A DNA stretch of 64,000 nt. It comes from Pseudomonadota bacterium. GTDB taxonomy: Bacteria; Pseudomonadota; Alphaproteobacteria; UBA1280; RI-95. The notes below the pieces were generated by a model. The model searched no databases and was not told the DNA's origin. It saw nothing but the letters and a program-made list of their open reading frames with translations. Both the position numbers and the translations under genes were made by a program. Below, piece by piece: positions 29,561-39,154 of this stretch; position 1 is the stretch's first letter, and every line of letters starts with the position of its first letter. The DNA lies in contig WGLU01000004.1 in assembly GCA_016125375.1 (NCBI GenBank), positions 10,528 to 74,527 of the forward strand. The letters are read 5' to 3'.

Positions 29561-29833
29561 ATGGCGAAAACCGAGACCAAAAAAACGGCAGTTGCAGCAA
29601 AAACCAAGGCTGCTGCGCCTAAAAAAGCTGCTGCAAAGCCTGCAAAGGCTGCCGCCAAACCAGCTGTAAAAGCAGCTGCTAAAAAGCCCGCGGCAAAAGC
29701 ACCTGCCAAAGCTGCTGTAAAGACAGCCGCAAAAAAACCGGTTGCCAAAGCTGCCGCCAAACCGGCAACAACCAAAAAAGCACCTGCCAAAAAAGCGGCT
29801 GCGCCGAAGGCTGCCACTCCTGCCAAAAAGGGC
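29561..29833 (+). repeat. in-frame low-complexity Lys/Ala/Pro tract (histone H1/AlgP-like)
   Basis: Reiterated AAKP/AKKPA units encoded by gct/gca/gcc-aaa/aag repeats. Confidence 0.8.
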
Positions 29834-30847
29834 ATGGGCGAAACCCGCAGCGTAACCTTCCGTATCCGCCGCGGCGAGACTGTGGACGGTAATTACAAAT
29901 CGTGGATGGAAGAGTTCAAGGTGTCCTACGACGACAGCACCACCGTGCTGCAAGGTCTGGAGGCGATCAAGGGTGATCAGGATGGATCGCTGACCTTCCG
30001 CCGTTCCTGCCGTGCCTCCATTTGCGGTTCCTGCGGTATGTTCATCAACAACCGCTCGCGTCTGGCCTGTAAAACCAAGATTAAGGACATTGTCAACGGC
30101 ATGCCGGAGAAGAATGTTCCGCCTTCTGACGTGCTTGAAATCGCCCCGCAGAACAACCAGCCGGTGCTGAAGGATCTGGTCGTCGACATTACACCCTTCT
30201 ACAACAAGGTGGATGCCATCAAGCCTTACGTGCAAGAAGGCCAAGAAGCCGACAGGAACGTTAATAAAAGCTCGTTTGAGCAGGTCAACATGGTGTCCAA
30301 CTGCATCATGTGCGGTGCCTGCTACAGCGACTGTACGGCGATGGTCGAGAATCCCGACTATCTGGGGCCTGCCGCGTTGGCCAAAGCTTTCCGCTTTGTG
30401 TCCGACCCACGTGAAGGCCATAAGACCGAGCGCCTGAAGCAACTGTCAGAAAAGAACGGCGTGTGGGACTGCACGCGATGCGGCATGTGCATTGATGCCT
30501 GCCCGAAAGACGTTGCCCCGATGGAAGCCATCGTTAAACTGCGTACCCGCGCCATAAATGCCGGTGTGACCAGTAACCCGGGTGCCCGCCATGCAATGGC
30601 GTTTAAAAACGACATTCGTACCGGCGGCCTGCTGAACGAACCGTTGCTGCTCCTTAAGACCCTGCACTTCGGTGTGTTGGGCCAACTGGGCAACGCGCTG
30701 AATCTGGTGAAAAAAGGCAAGGTGCCGTCTCCGCTGCCGCACAAGGTCGAGCGCGTGGATGAAGTGGCTAAAATCTTTGCCGAGCTGGAAGCCAACCCCA
30801 TCAGCGTGGAAACCCGCAAAGAAGATACCGGCCCTGGGGCTGGTTAA
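29561..30847 (+). CDS. sdhB: succinate dehydrogenase/fumarate reductase iron-sulfur subunit with N-terminal Lys/Ala/Pro-rich extension
   Basis: Cluster motifs SCRASICGSCGM, CIMCGACYSDC and CTRCGMCIDACP. 91 in-frame Lys/Ala-rich codons precede an alternative ATG at 29834. Confidence 0.85.
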   Translation: MAKTETKKTAVAAKTKAAAPKKAAAKPAKAAAKPAVKAAAKKPAAKAPAKAAVKTAAKKPVAKAAAKPATTKKAPAKKAAAPKAATPAKKGMGETRSVTFRIRRGETVDGNYKSWMEEFKVSYDDSTTVLQGLEAIKGDQDGSLTFRRSCRASICGSCGMFINNRSRLACKTKIKDIVNGMPEKNVPPSDVLEIAPQNNQPVLKDLVVDITPFYNKVDAIKPYVQEGQEADRNVNKSSFEQVNMVSNCIMCGACYSDCTAMVENPDYLGPAALAKAFRFVSDPREGHKTERLKQLSEKNGVWDCTRCGMCIDACPKDVAPMEAIVKLRTRAINAGVTSNPGARHAMAFKNDIRTGGLLNEPLLLLKTLHFGVLGQLGNALNLVKKGKVPSPLPHKVERVDEVAKIFAELEANPISVETRKEDTGPGAG

Positions 30848-30895
30848 GGAGAGCAGGCTGTGTTCCGCAAACAACCTCCAAAGCAAGGTGGGAAT

Positions 30896-31219
30896 ATGAA
30901 GTTTCAGATCGTTCTGGTGGCCCTGATTGTCGGTGGTATTTTCCTCTTCCGCGATCAGATTAACGCCTATCTGGGGCTGGACAGCGGCCACCCCGTTACC
31001 ACAGCTGACGGCACGTTGCCTGAAAGCGGCCTGATTAAAAGCAACGGTACGGCGCTGTACAGCAGCCGTAACGGTAACTCTTTCGGTACGGCAAGTGCCG
31101 GTGACCGGGTGCACATTCTGGCAGGGGACAGTGCGTGGCTCCAAATCCACCACAACGGCCTGACCGCATGGGTGCGTGCAAACGATATCGACCTGTCGCA
31201 AAGCGACCAACAAAACTAA
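30896..31219 (+). CDS. small membrane-anchored protein with SH3b-like C-terminal domain
   Basis: AAGGTGGGA SD; one N-terminal TM (IVLVALIVGGIFLF); GDRVHILAGDSAWLQIHHNGLTAWV resembles bacterial SH3. Confidence 0.55.
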   Translation: MKFQIVLVALIVGGIFLFRDQINAYLGLDSGHPVTTADGTLPESGLIKSNGTALYSSRNGNSFGTASAGDRVHILAGDSAWLQIHHNGLTAWVRANDIDLSQSDQQN

Positions 31220-31245
31220 CAAGCCAGCCGAGAGGACACGAGACA

Positions 31246-32151
31246 ATGGGTATCAGTAAAGATTTGAACTACGCCTACTATCCGGGCTGTGCTGCCAAGC
31301 AGATTCAGAAAGAGGCCGACTGGTCCGCACGCGAAATTTCCAAACAACTGGGCGTCACCCTGCACGATATGCCGGCAGCCACCTGCTGCGGGGCTGGCAA
31401 CCTGCAGGAGCATGATCTGGCTGCGGCGCTGGCTGTGAATGCACGTATTTTCTCGCAAGCGGAAGAGATGGGCATGGATATTGTCACCATCTGCAACACC
31501 TGCCTGCAAACCTTTACCTTTGCCAACGAGCGCCTGAAAAAGGAGCCCGAGCTGCGCGAAAAAATCAATACTGTGCTTAAAAAAGCCGGTGTACGCCCGT
31601 ATGACGGCACAATCGACGTCAAGCACCTCGTCTGGGTGCTGGTTGATGATGTCGGTGTGGAAAAGGTCAAAAAGCAGATTAAAAATCCGCTGGGTGGCCT
31701 CAAGGTTGCGCCGTTCTACGGCTGCCATGCCCTGCGCCCGTCCGAGGTTTTCCACGGTCGTGGCGGTCAGGCGCCCAAGTATCTGGACACACTGATTGCC
31801 GCACTGGGCGGTGAAAGTGTGGACTACAAGGGTAAGGATAAATGCTGCGGCTTCCACTACATGCTGGTGAATGAGAAAGAGTTCCTGAGTATGTCTGGCC
31901 ACCACAGTCTCGAAGCCAAAACCCGTGGCGCCGAAGTGATGGTATCGCCGTGCACCTTGTGCGACATGTCGCTGGGTGCCTACCAGTCCCGCAGCGAGAA
32001 GCATCTGGGTGTTAAAATCAACCTGCCGGAAATGAACATCAGCCAGCTGGTGGGGGTTGCCTTTGGCCTGGACAAGAAAACACTGGGCCTGAACCGGTTG
32101 CACCAGGATGTGCAGCCGGCCCTGCGCGCCCGCAATATCAAAGTGGCCTGA
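31246..32151 (+). CDS. HdrB-like double CCG-domain subunit of a non-classical (type E) succinate dehydrogenase
   Basis: Two C...CCG...CxxC units: YPGC..TCCGAGN..ICNTC and FYGC..KCCGFHY..PCTLC. Confidence 0.85.
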   Translation: MGISKDLNYAYYPGCAAKQIQKEADWSAREISKQLGVTLHDMPAATCCGAGNLQEHDLAAALAVNARIFSQAEEMGMDIVTICNTCLQTFTFANERLKKEPELREKINTVLKKAGVRPYDGTIDVKHLVWVLVDDVGVEKVKKQIKNPLGGLKVAPFYGCHALRPSEVFHGRGGQAPKYLDTLIAALGGESVDYKGKDKCCGFHYMLVNEKEFLSMSGHHSLEAKTRGAEVMVSPCTLCDMSLGAYQSRSEKHLGVKINLPEMNISQLVGVAFGLDKKTLGLNRLHQDVQPALRARNIKVA

Positions 32152-32163
32152 TACAGCCCCTGA

Positions 32164-32200
32164 AAACAAAAAACGCCCGTCTTGCGACGGGCGTTTTCTT
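32164..32200. terminator. bidirectional hairpin
   Basis: stem aacgcccgtc/gacgggcgtt, loop ttgc, A-run before and T-run after. Confidence 0.8.
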
Positions 32201-32204
32201 ATTG

Positions 32205-32597
32205 TCATCGATTGAGGGTCAGACCGAAGTACAGGTGTTCCGCCACCATACCAACCAGTTTGCAGGTCAGAAACAGGAGCGCGACACTCACTACTGCCGG
32301 TACTGTCTCGATAATCGGCATATCTGTCAGCCAGCCGACCAACAGAACAGCTACGACACCGAGGCCGCCGAACATCATCAGGCCGCAGACGACCACACAG
32401 GCCAGAACCTTCAGGGCGCCGCTGCGGCTGATAGCCCACAGTTTGCGGACCTTGTTCGGGCTCAGGGTGAGCGGGATGAAGACCAAAAATGTCACGGCAC
32501 CGATGATCATGGCCGTGATGTTCTGAGCCGGGTTGGGGCCGATGAACATGATGAATACATTGATCATGTAAATGAGCAGGATGATGGGAGGTAGCAT
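32205..32597 (-). CDS. hypothetical 4-TM membrane protein (130 aa)
   Basis: Four hydrophobic segments; own terminator nearly identical to that of the next gene. Confidence 0.6.
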   Translation of the reverse strand: MLPPIILLIYMINVFIMFIGPNPAQNITAMIIGAVTFLVFIPLTLSPNKVRKLWAISRSGALKVLACVVVCGLMMFGGLGVVAVLLVGWLTDMPIIETVPAVVSVALLFLTCKLVGMVAEHLYFGLTLNR

Positions 32598-32708
32598 GCA
32601 GGTTTCTCGGGGTTGAGAGGGAGCCAGAGGGGTGAAAGTCGGTAAACGGAAAAACTGTCAACTGGCAACAAATATGGGGATGGGAAGGGAATCATCCAAG
32701 CCGGAGGC

Positions 32709-32737
32709 AAAAAAACGCCCGTCATCCGACGGGCGTT
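32709..32737 (-). terminator. intrinsic terminator of the 32750..33157 gene
   Basis: Same stem aacgcccgtc/gacgggcgtt as at 32172-32195, loop atcc; 26 of 28 nt identical. Confidence 0.8.
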
Positions 32738-32749
32738 CGTTATTTTTGC

Positions 32750-33157
32750 TTAGCGCCACAGCCACTGCGGGCGTTTGCGCAGCAGGTACAGCGCAAGAAG
32801 GCGGAAGAGCCCGCCGCTAACAGCCATGGCCACAACGAACAGGCCCATCTGGCCAAGTTCCGCTGCTGGTACCTGATTGGAAGGCGCGAGATACATCACA
32901 ACCGCGGTGATGACGGCAACCGTGGACAGGATGATGTTGGCCATCAGGCACATCAGGGTGCACTGGATGGTCGTCGCCTTGCTGGCGGCCCAACCGGCTT
33001 TGATGGTGTCCTTCGGCAGGCCCAGATAGGTCGCAAAACCCATCAGGCCCAGCAACACGGCAGTAAGGGCAATGTTGACCGCCTCGCTGGTGATGTGGAA
33101 GAACATCGACGCGAAGGTAAAGGCCGTAACGCCCAAAAGGGCAAGCAGGAAGCGCAT
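32750..33157 (-). CDS. hypothetical 4-TM membrane protein (135 aa)
   Basis: AGGAG SD; four hydrophobic segments. The loop LPKDTIKAGWAASK weakly parallels SPNKVRKLWAISR of the neighbouring gene. Confidence 0.65.
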   Translation of the reverse strand: MRFLLALLGVTAFTFASMFFHITSEAVNIALTAVLLGLMGFATYLGLPKDTIKAGWAASKATTIQCTLMCLMANIILSTVAVITAVVMYLAPSNQVPAAELGQMGLFVVAMAVSGGLFRLLALYLLRKRPQWLWR

Positions 33158-33300
33158 GGTTGACTCCTGTGGTGAGGGAGGAATGCGTGTAAATAAAACT
33201 GAAAAAGCAAGACCCTGAGGGGTTGATGAATATCTTCAGACCAGATTTGTATACGATATTTGAGCCGCAGGCAACAAAAACGCCCGCGCTGAAAGGGGGC

Positions 33301-33642
33301 TTAACTCCGCGTGTTCAGGGATTCTGTACGGATGCCGAAGCGTTTTTTTAATTCATTTTCGACCAGGTAGCGTTCTTTCGCGTCCAGAAAACGCAGGGCG
33401 TCTGAACCCAGAATCAGGACCTTCTCCGCCCCTTTGGGGGCGCGTTCAAAGGCCAGTGAGATAGCCCAGGCAATATGAAGACGGCGTTCGTTTTCCTGCT
33501 CGGTAGGCGGCAGGGTTTGCAGGTTGCCGATCATGGCCTGCAAATCATCATCGGTTGCGAAAGTACCCTGCACAGGCAGGAGAGCGTGCTCTGTCCGGCT
33601 GAGATTGACGATGAACGGGGGCTGTTTTTGTGTACTTGTCAT
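33301..33642 (-). CDS. hypothetical protein (113 aa)
   Basis: ORF with backbone-like codon usage. I prefer the ATG at 33642, because 33681 would place the upstream terminator hairpin directly against the start. Confidence 0.5.
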   Translation of the reverse strand: MTSTQKQPPFIVNLSRTEHALLPVQGTFATDDDLQAMIGNLQTLPPTEQENERRLHIAWAISLAFERAPKGAEKVLILGSDALRFLDAKERYLVENELKKRFGIRTESLNTRS

Positions 33643-33681
33643 GCCCTGTACGGTAGCCGGATTGCGCGAATGCCTCAACAA

Positions 33682-33724
33682 AAAATCAGAAAGCCGAGGG
33701 GGTTGTGCACCATCCCTCGGCTTT
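33682..33724 (-). terminator. intrinsic terminator of the 33737..34249 gene
   Basis: stem aaagccgaggg/ccctcggcttt with T-run on the - strand. Confidence 0.7.
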
Positions 33725-33736
33725 CATCGACTACTA

Positions 33737-34249
33737 CTACTTTCGGTATCCATTACCGGATCCCTTCATCTTGTTGCGGATTTCCTGATCGCGCTGGCTG
33801 CGGTCGCGCTTGCGGGCGGCGGCACGGGCCTTGCTGTCAGGGGCGGTCTTGTTGCCCAGCGGGCTCTTGGCCGGCTCGGCACGGCGGCGCTCGGTGCGCT
33901 GCGGACGCTCAGCCTTGGGCGGCATCACGTCGGCGGGCAGGGGGCGCGCGGGGTCGGCGTTCAGGCTGACGAGCCGGAACGGCCAGTTGGCAGCGCGGCT
34001 GGCGCGGAAGGCCGTCTCACCCGCCGAGGTTCCGAAGAACACGGGCAGGATGACGCGGTCGATGCGCACACCGAGGACCTTCAGTTGCTCGGCGACCTGA
34101 CGCAGGTACTCCGCGCAGGTGGCCTTCATGGCATCCTTGGCGGCGTCCAGCGCGGCGGTCACGGCAACGTCGAGAGGCGCAATGCCGGTGGCCTTGCGCA
34201 GGTCGGCGATCGCTTCGCCATTGCGGGAGGTGTAGAGAAAGTGGGTCAT
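33737..34249 (-). CDS. hypothetical protein with highly basic disordered C-terminus (170 aa)
   Basis: AAGGAG SD; C/G-ending codons; tail PKAERPQRTERRRAEPAKS...ARAAARKRDRSQRDQEIRNKMKGSGNGYRK. Confidence 0.65.
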   Translation of the reverse strand: MTHFLYTSRNGEAIADLRKATGIAPLDVAVTAALDAAKDAMKATCAEYLRQVAEQLKVLGVRIDRVILPVFFGTSAGETAFRASRAANWPFRLVSLNADPARPLPADVMPPKAERPQRTERRRAEPAKSPLGNKTAPDSKARAAARKRDRSQRDQEIRNKMKGSGNGYRK

Positions 34250-34378
34250 ATCACGCTCCTTCTTCGTTTTTTGCTAGAGGCAGGAAACAAAAGAGCGAGG
34301 AAAAGCAGAGGTCAGGAAAGGTGTATACACACTACGACAGGACCCCGGGGGGCTGTCAAGCGCACAAAAAAAGAATCT

Positions 34379-35122
34379 TTAGGCCGTCCGCAAGCGGGGC
34401 CGTAAGTCAGCTGCGATGCGTTTTGCTTCGGCCACCGGGGACAGGGCCTGCGTAATAGGTCTGCCGATAACCAGATAATCGGCACCGGCGCGCAGAGCCT
34501 GCTCGGGCGTCATGACACGGCTTTGGTCGTCGACCATGCTACCGGTGGGGCGGATGCCCGGTGTCACCAGCGTGATGTCACTGCCGAACGCGGCGCGCAG
34601 GGCAGGGGCTTCCACGGCGCTGGCAACCAGCCCGTTCAGTCCGGCGTTTAGGGCTTCTTCTGCCAGGAAAAGGACCTGCTCTTCCGGCATGCGGCCATAT
34701 ATGGCCTGGCACTGGGCAGGCGTCAGGCTGGTCAAGGCTGTCACACCCAGCAGGTGCATCCGTTGCAGGCCATTACGGGACGCGGCTTCGGTCGCGGCAG
34801 TTGTTGCGGCCTTCATCATTTCTGCGCCGCCCGTGGTGTGTACGGTCAGAAAATACGGCTCCAGCCAGCTGACCTCGCGCACAGCGGCGGCAACCGTGTT
34901 GGGAATATCGTGCAGTTTGAGGTCAAGGAACAACGGCAGTTCCTGTTTGTTGACCTGACGAACGCCTTCCGGACCGTGGGCACAGAAGAACTCCAGCCCC
35001 AGTTTTATCCCCCCCACAAACGCAGAAAGGCCGGCCGCAAGAGAGCTTGCAGCCGGCATGTCGTTTGTGTCGAGTGCCACAAAAACTGGGTTTTTGGGTA
35101 ATGTGTTGCGCGTCATGGTCAT
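34379..35122 (-). CDS. pyrF: orotidine 5'-phosphate decarboxylase
   Basis: VFVALDT...LFLDLKLHDIPNTV...VHTTGG motifs. Start at 35122 or 35116, 5 nt after the Nudix stop. Confidence 0.92.
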   Translation of the reverse strand: MTMTRNTLPKNPVFVALDTNDMPAASSLAAGLSAFVGGIKLGLEFFCAHGPEGVRQVNKQELPLFLDLKLHDIPNTVAAAVREVSWLEPYFLTVHTTGGAEMMKAATTAATEAASRNGLQRMHLLGVTALTSLTPAQCQAIYGRMPEEQVLFLAEEALNAGLNGLVASAVEAPALRAAFGSDITLVTPGIRPTGSMVDDQSRVMTPEQALRAGADYLVIGRPITQALSPVAEAKRIAADLRPRLRTA

Positions 35123-35126
35123 CAGC

Positions 35127-35729
35127 TTACGGGGTGTTGCGCCCCTCGTCAAATGCCCGGCGCATTTTGCGGTACTCGCCGTCGAAGGCCATTTCGCCCT
35201 TGGCGTACATGGCGTCCAGAGTGGCCACGTCAGCAAAGACGAAATTGTGCATTTCATCGGTTTCGACCAGCTGGTCAACCTCGTCATCGGTCAGATGATA
35301 GACGTACGTCACCCCGACCTGCGCCATGTCGCGCAGTTCGTAGATGTCGCCGTACCACATGTTCATGTTCAGCAGGTTTGCAGCGGTGAACTTGGCGGGG
35401 TCGAGGCGGATGCCCGTTTCCTCCCAAACCTCGCGCACGAGGCCGGTTTCGAAGGTTTCGCGGCGTTCCATTTCGATAAATCCGCCGATGCCGCTGTACT
35501 TGCCGTTGGCATCGAGCATGTTGCGGCGCTGGCCGATGAGCAGTTTGCCCTTGTGGAACAGCAGAACGCTGGCCGACAGGCCCGCATGCTGCCACCACGA
35601 CAGGTAACCGATTTTACGCCCGTAGAGCAGGTAGCCTATGGACTGGATGATTTTGTAGCGCAGGTCGGTGCGCTTGAGGGCTCCGAACCGCCCGAGCAGG
35701 CGGTTGACCCATGTGCGTTTGTTGGACAT
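35127..35729 (-). CDS. Nudix hydrolase
   Basis: Nudix box GGFIEMERRETFETGLVREVWEETG. Confidence 0.87.
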   Translation of the reverse strand: MSNKRTWVNRLLGRFGALKRTDLRYKIIQSIGYLLYGRKIGYLSWWQHAGLSASVLLFHKGKLLIGQRRNMLDANGKYSGIGGFIEMERRETFETGLVREVWEETGIRLDPAKFTAANLLNMNMWYGDIYELRDMAQVGVTYVYHLTDDEVDQLVETDEMHNFVFADVATLDAMYAKGEMAFDGEYRKMRRAFDEGRNTP

Positions 35730-35919
35730 GGGGATAATCCCGGTAAAAGAGGGGTAAAAGTGACAGAAATCCGAAGATTCGGGATGAAAAAGAAACGGGA
35801 CTTAAAGGTCAAACAATAGCCCGAGTATAAAAACACCGGGCAGCGCTGGCAAGCATATGCGCCAACAATCGCTGCTGCATTGCGCAAAAACGGTTCACCT
35901 CGCGGCCTAAAAGGCGTAA

Positions 35920-36951
<1,032 letters not shown>

Positions 36952-36956
36952 GACCG

Positions 36957-38132
36957 ATGAATATCCACGAGTATCAAGCCAAAGAAATCTTCCGTAAGTA
37001 CGGCGTTGCCGTGCCGCGCGGGATTGTTGCCAAAACCGCAGACGAAGCTGTGAAAGCAGCCAAGGAACTGGGTGGCAAGGTCTGGGTTGTCAAAGCACAG
37101 GCGCACACAGGTGGCCGCGGTAAGGCTGGCGGTGTTTTCGTCTGCAAGACCGAGGCAGAAGTTAAAACCGCTGCCGAAAAAATCATCGGCATGACGCTGG
37201 TCACAAAACAGACCGGCCCATCCGGTCTGCCGGTTCACAGCGTGCTGGTAGAAGAGGGCAGCAACATTGCCCGCGAGCTGTACCTCGGTATTATTCTGGA
37301 CCGTGCGACCAGCCAGCTGGTCATGATGGCTTCCACCGAAGGCGGTATGGAAATCGAAGAGGTTGCCGAGCATACCCCTGAGAAAATCCTGAAAGAGCAA
37401 ATCAACCCTGTTGTTGGTCTGATGCCGTTCCAAGCCCGCAATCTGGCCTTTAAACTGGGTCTGGAAGGTGATCAGGTTGGTAAGGCCGTCAAGTTCATGA
37501 TGGCGCTGTACCAAGTGTATGTGGATACCGACGTGTCGATTATTGAAATCAACCCGCTGGTTGTGACCAAAGAGAACGAAGTGCTGGCACTGGATGCCAA
37601 AATCAACTTCGACGGTAACGCCCTGTTCCGCCATAAAGACATTGCAGCGATGCAGGACGAAAGCCAGGAAGACGCGAAAGAAGTAGAGGCTCACAAATAC
37701 AACCTCAACTACATCGCGCTCGACGGTAATATCGCCTGCATGGTGAACGGTGCGGGCCTTGCCATGGCAACCATGGACATCATCAAGCACTTCGGTGGCG
37801 AGCCGGCCAACTTCCTGGACGTTGGCGGTGGCGCAACCGAGGAAACCGTAACCGCTGCCTTCCGTATTCTGCTCTCCGACGAGCAAGTTAAAGGCATTCT
37901 GGTCAACATCTTCGGTGGCATTATGAAGTGCGACGTGATTGCCCGCGGTATTGTTGCCGCTGCCAAGAACGTAGAGCTGAACGTGCCGCTGGTGGTGCGT
38001 CTGGAAGGCACCAACGTGGACGCGGGCAAGAAGATTCTTGCCGAGTCCGGCCTGCCTATTACCCCGGCTGACGGCCTTGCCGATGCCGCCAAGAAAATCG
38101 TCGGCGCCGTGCGTCAGCAAAGCGCAGCGTAA
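36957..38132 (+). CDS. sucC: succinyl-CoA ligase beta subunit
   Basis: [17 protein letters not shown] start; ATP-grasp fold. Confidence 0.97.
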   Translation: MNIHEYQAKEIFRKYGVAVPRGIVAKTADEAVKAAKELGGKVWVVKAQAHTGGRGKAGGVFVCKTEAEVKTAAEKIIGMTLVTKQTGPSGLPVHSVLVEEGSNIARELYLGIILDRATSQLVMMASTEGGMEIEEVAEHTPEKILKEQINPVVGLMPFQARNLAFKLGLEGDQVGKAVKFMMALYQVYVDTDVSIIEINPLVVTKENEVLALDAKINFDGNALFRHKDIAAMQDESQEDAKEVEAHKYNLNYIALDGNIACMVNGAGLAMATMDIIKHFGGEPANFLDVGGGATEETVTAAFRILLSDEQVKGILVNIFGGIMKCDVIARGIVAAAKNVELNVPLVVRLEGTNVDAGKKILAESGLPITPADGLADAAKKIVGAVRQQSAA

Positions 38133-38144
38133 GGAGAAAGAACA

Positions 38145-39020
38145 ATGGCGATTTTTGTCGATAAAAATACCAAGGTTATCTGTCAGGGCTTTACCGGCTC
38201 TAACGGTACTTTCCACTCCGAGCAAGCACTGGCTTACGGCACCCAGATGGTTGGTGGCGTGACCCCGGGCAAAGGTGGGACCAAACACCTGGGCCTGCCT
38301 GTGTTCAACACCGTGGAAGAGGCTGTGGAAGCAACAGGTGCCAACGCGACCATGATTTTCGTACCACCGCCGTTTGCGGCTGATGCGATTATCGAAGCCG
38401 CTGCTGCCGGTATTGGCCTGTGCGTGTGCATTACCGAGGGGATTCCTATCCTCGACATGATCAAGGTGAAAAAATACATCACCGAGACCAAATGCAACAT
38501 GCGCCTTATCGGCCCCAACTGCCCGGGCGTTATTACACCGGGTGAGTGCAAAATCGGTATTATGCCGGGTCACATCCACAAGCCGGGTAAAGTGGGCATC
38601 GTGTCCCGCTCCGGTACACTGACGTACGAAGCTGTAGCGCAGACGACCGAAGTGGGTCTGGGCCAGAGCACTTGCGTCGGTATCGGTGGCGACCCTGTCA
38701 ACGGTACCAACTTTATTCAGGTCCTGAGCGCTTTTGAAGCCGATCCGCAGACCGAAGCTATCGTCATGATTGGCGAAATCGGTGGTACGGCGGAAGAAGA
38801 AGCAGCCGACTACATCAAAAAGTCCGTGACCAAGCCAGTGGTTGCCTTCATTGCGGGTCAAACCGCGCCTAAGGGCAAGCGTATGGGCCACGCCGGTGCG
38901 ATTATCTCCGGCGGTCAGGGAACAGCTGAGAGCAAAATCAAGGCGTTGACAGATGCCGGTGCCCACGTTGTGGCAACTCCGACAGAGCTGGGCAAGGCCG
39001 TTGCCAAGTTCTTCAGCTAA
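38145..39020 (+). CDS. sucD: succinyl-CoA ligase alpha subunit
   Basis: [23 protein letters not shown] and [10 protein letters not shown] (phospho-His) motifs. Confidence 0.97.
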   Translation: MAIFVDKNTKVICQGFTGSNGTFHSEQALAYGTQMVGGVTPGKGGTKHLGLPVFNTVEEAVEATGANATMIFVPPPFAADAIIEAAAAGIGLCVCITEGIPILDMIKVKKYITETKCNMRLIGPNCPGVITPGECKIGIMPGHIHKPGKVGIVSRSGTLTYEAVAQTTEVGLGQSTCVGIGGDPVNGTNFIQVLSAFEADPQTEAIVMIGEIGGTAEEEAADYIKKSVTKPVVAFIAGQTAPKGKRMGHAGAIISGGQGTAESKIKALTDAGAHVVATPTELGKAVAKFFS

Positions 39021-39038
39021 GCGCCTGTTGATTGAATG

Positions 39039-39067
39039 AACGCCGGTTCTTGCCGGCGTTCTTTTTG
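39039..39067 (+). terminator. intrinsic terminator after sucD
   Basis: stem aacgccgg/ccggcgtt followed by cttttt. Confidence 0.75.
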
Positions 39068-39154
39068 GGTGTAGGTCAGGCACCTTTGTGCCGACTGCCA
39101 TAATTAGGTGCTAAGAAAAATAATACTGCCCTTGTGTCATAAAACTGACATAAA

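Noticed and set aside
29212-30442. 207-aa and 308-aa - strand ORFs across the start of sdhB
   Set aside because: These are Ala/Phe/Gly-rich mirror images of the Lys/Ala codon repeats and of sdhB, with no independent signals.
39079-39093. Possible sigma54 promoter (GGCAC-N-TGC) upstream of the 96-aa ORF
   Set aside because: The GG-to-GC spacing is one nucleotide shorter than the strict -24/-12 spacing, and the second copy of the motif lacks the GG. It is more likely a palindromic operator or simply a repeat.
39021-39154. Absence of sucA/sucB after sucD as evidence of an incomplete TCA cycle
   Set aside because: Gene absence cannot be judged from a 64-kb window, because the genes may lie elsewhere in the genome.
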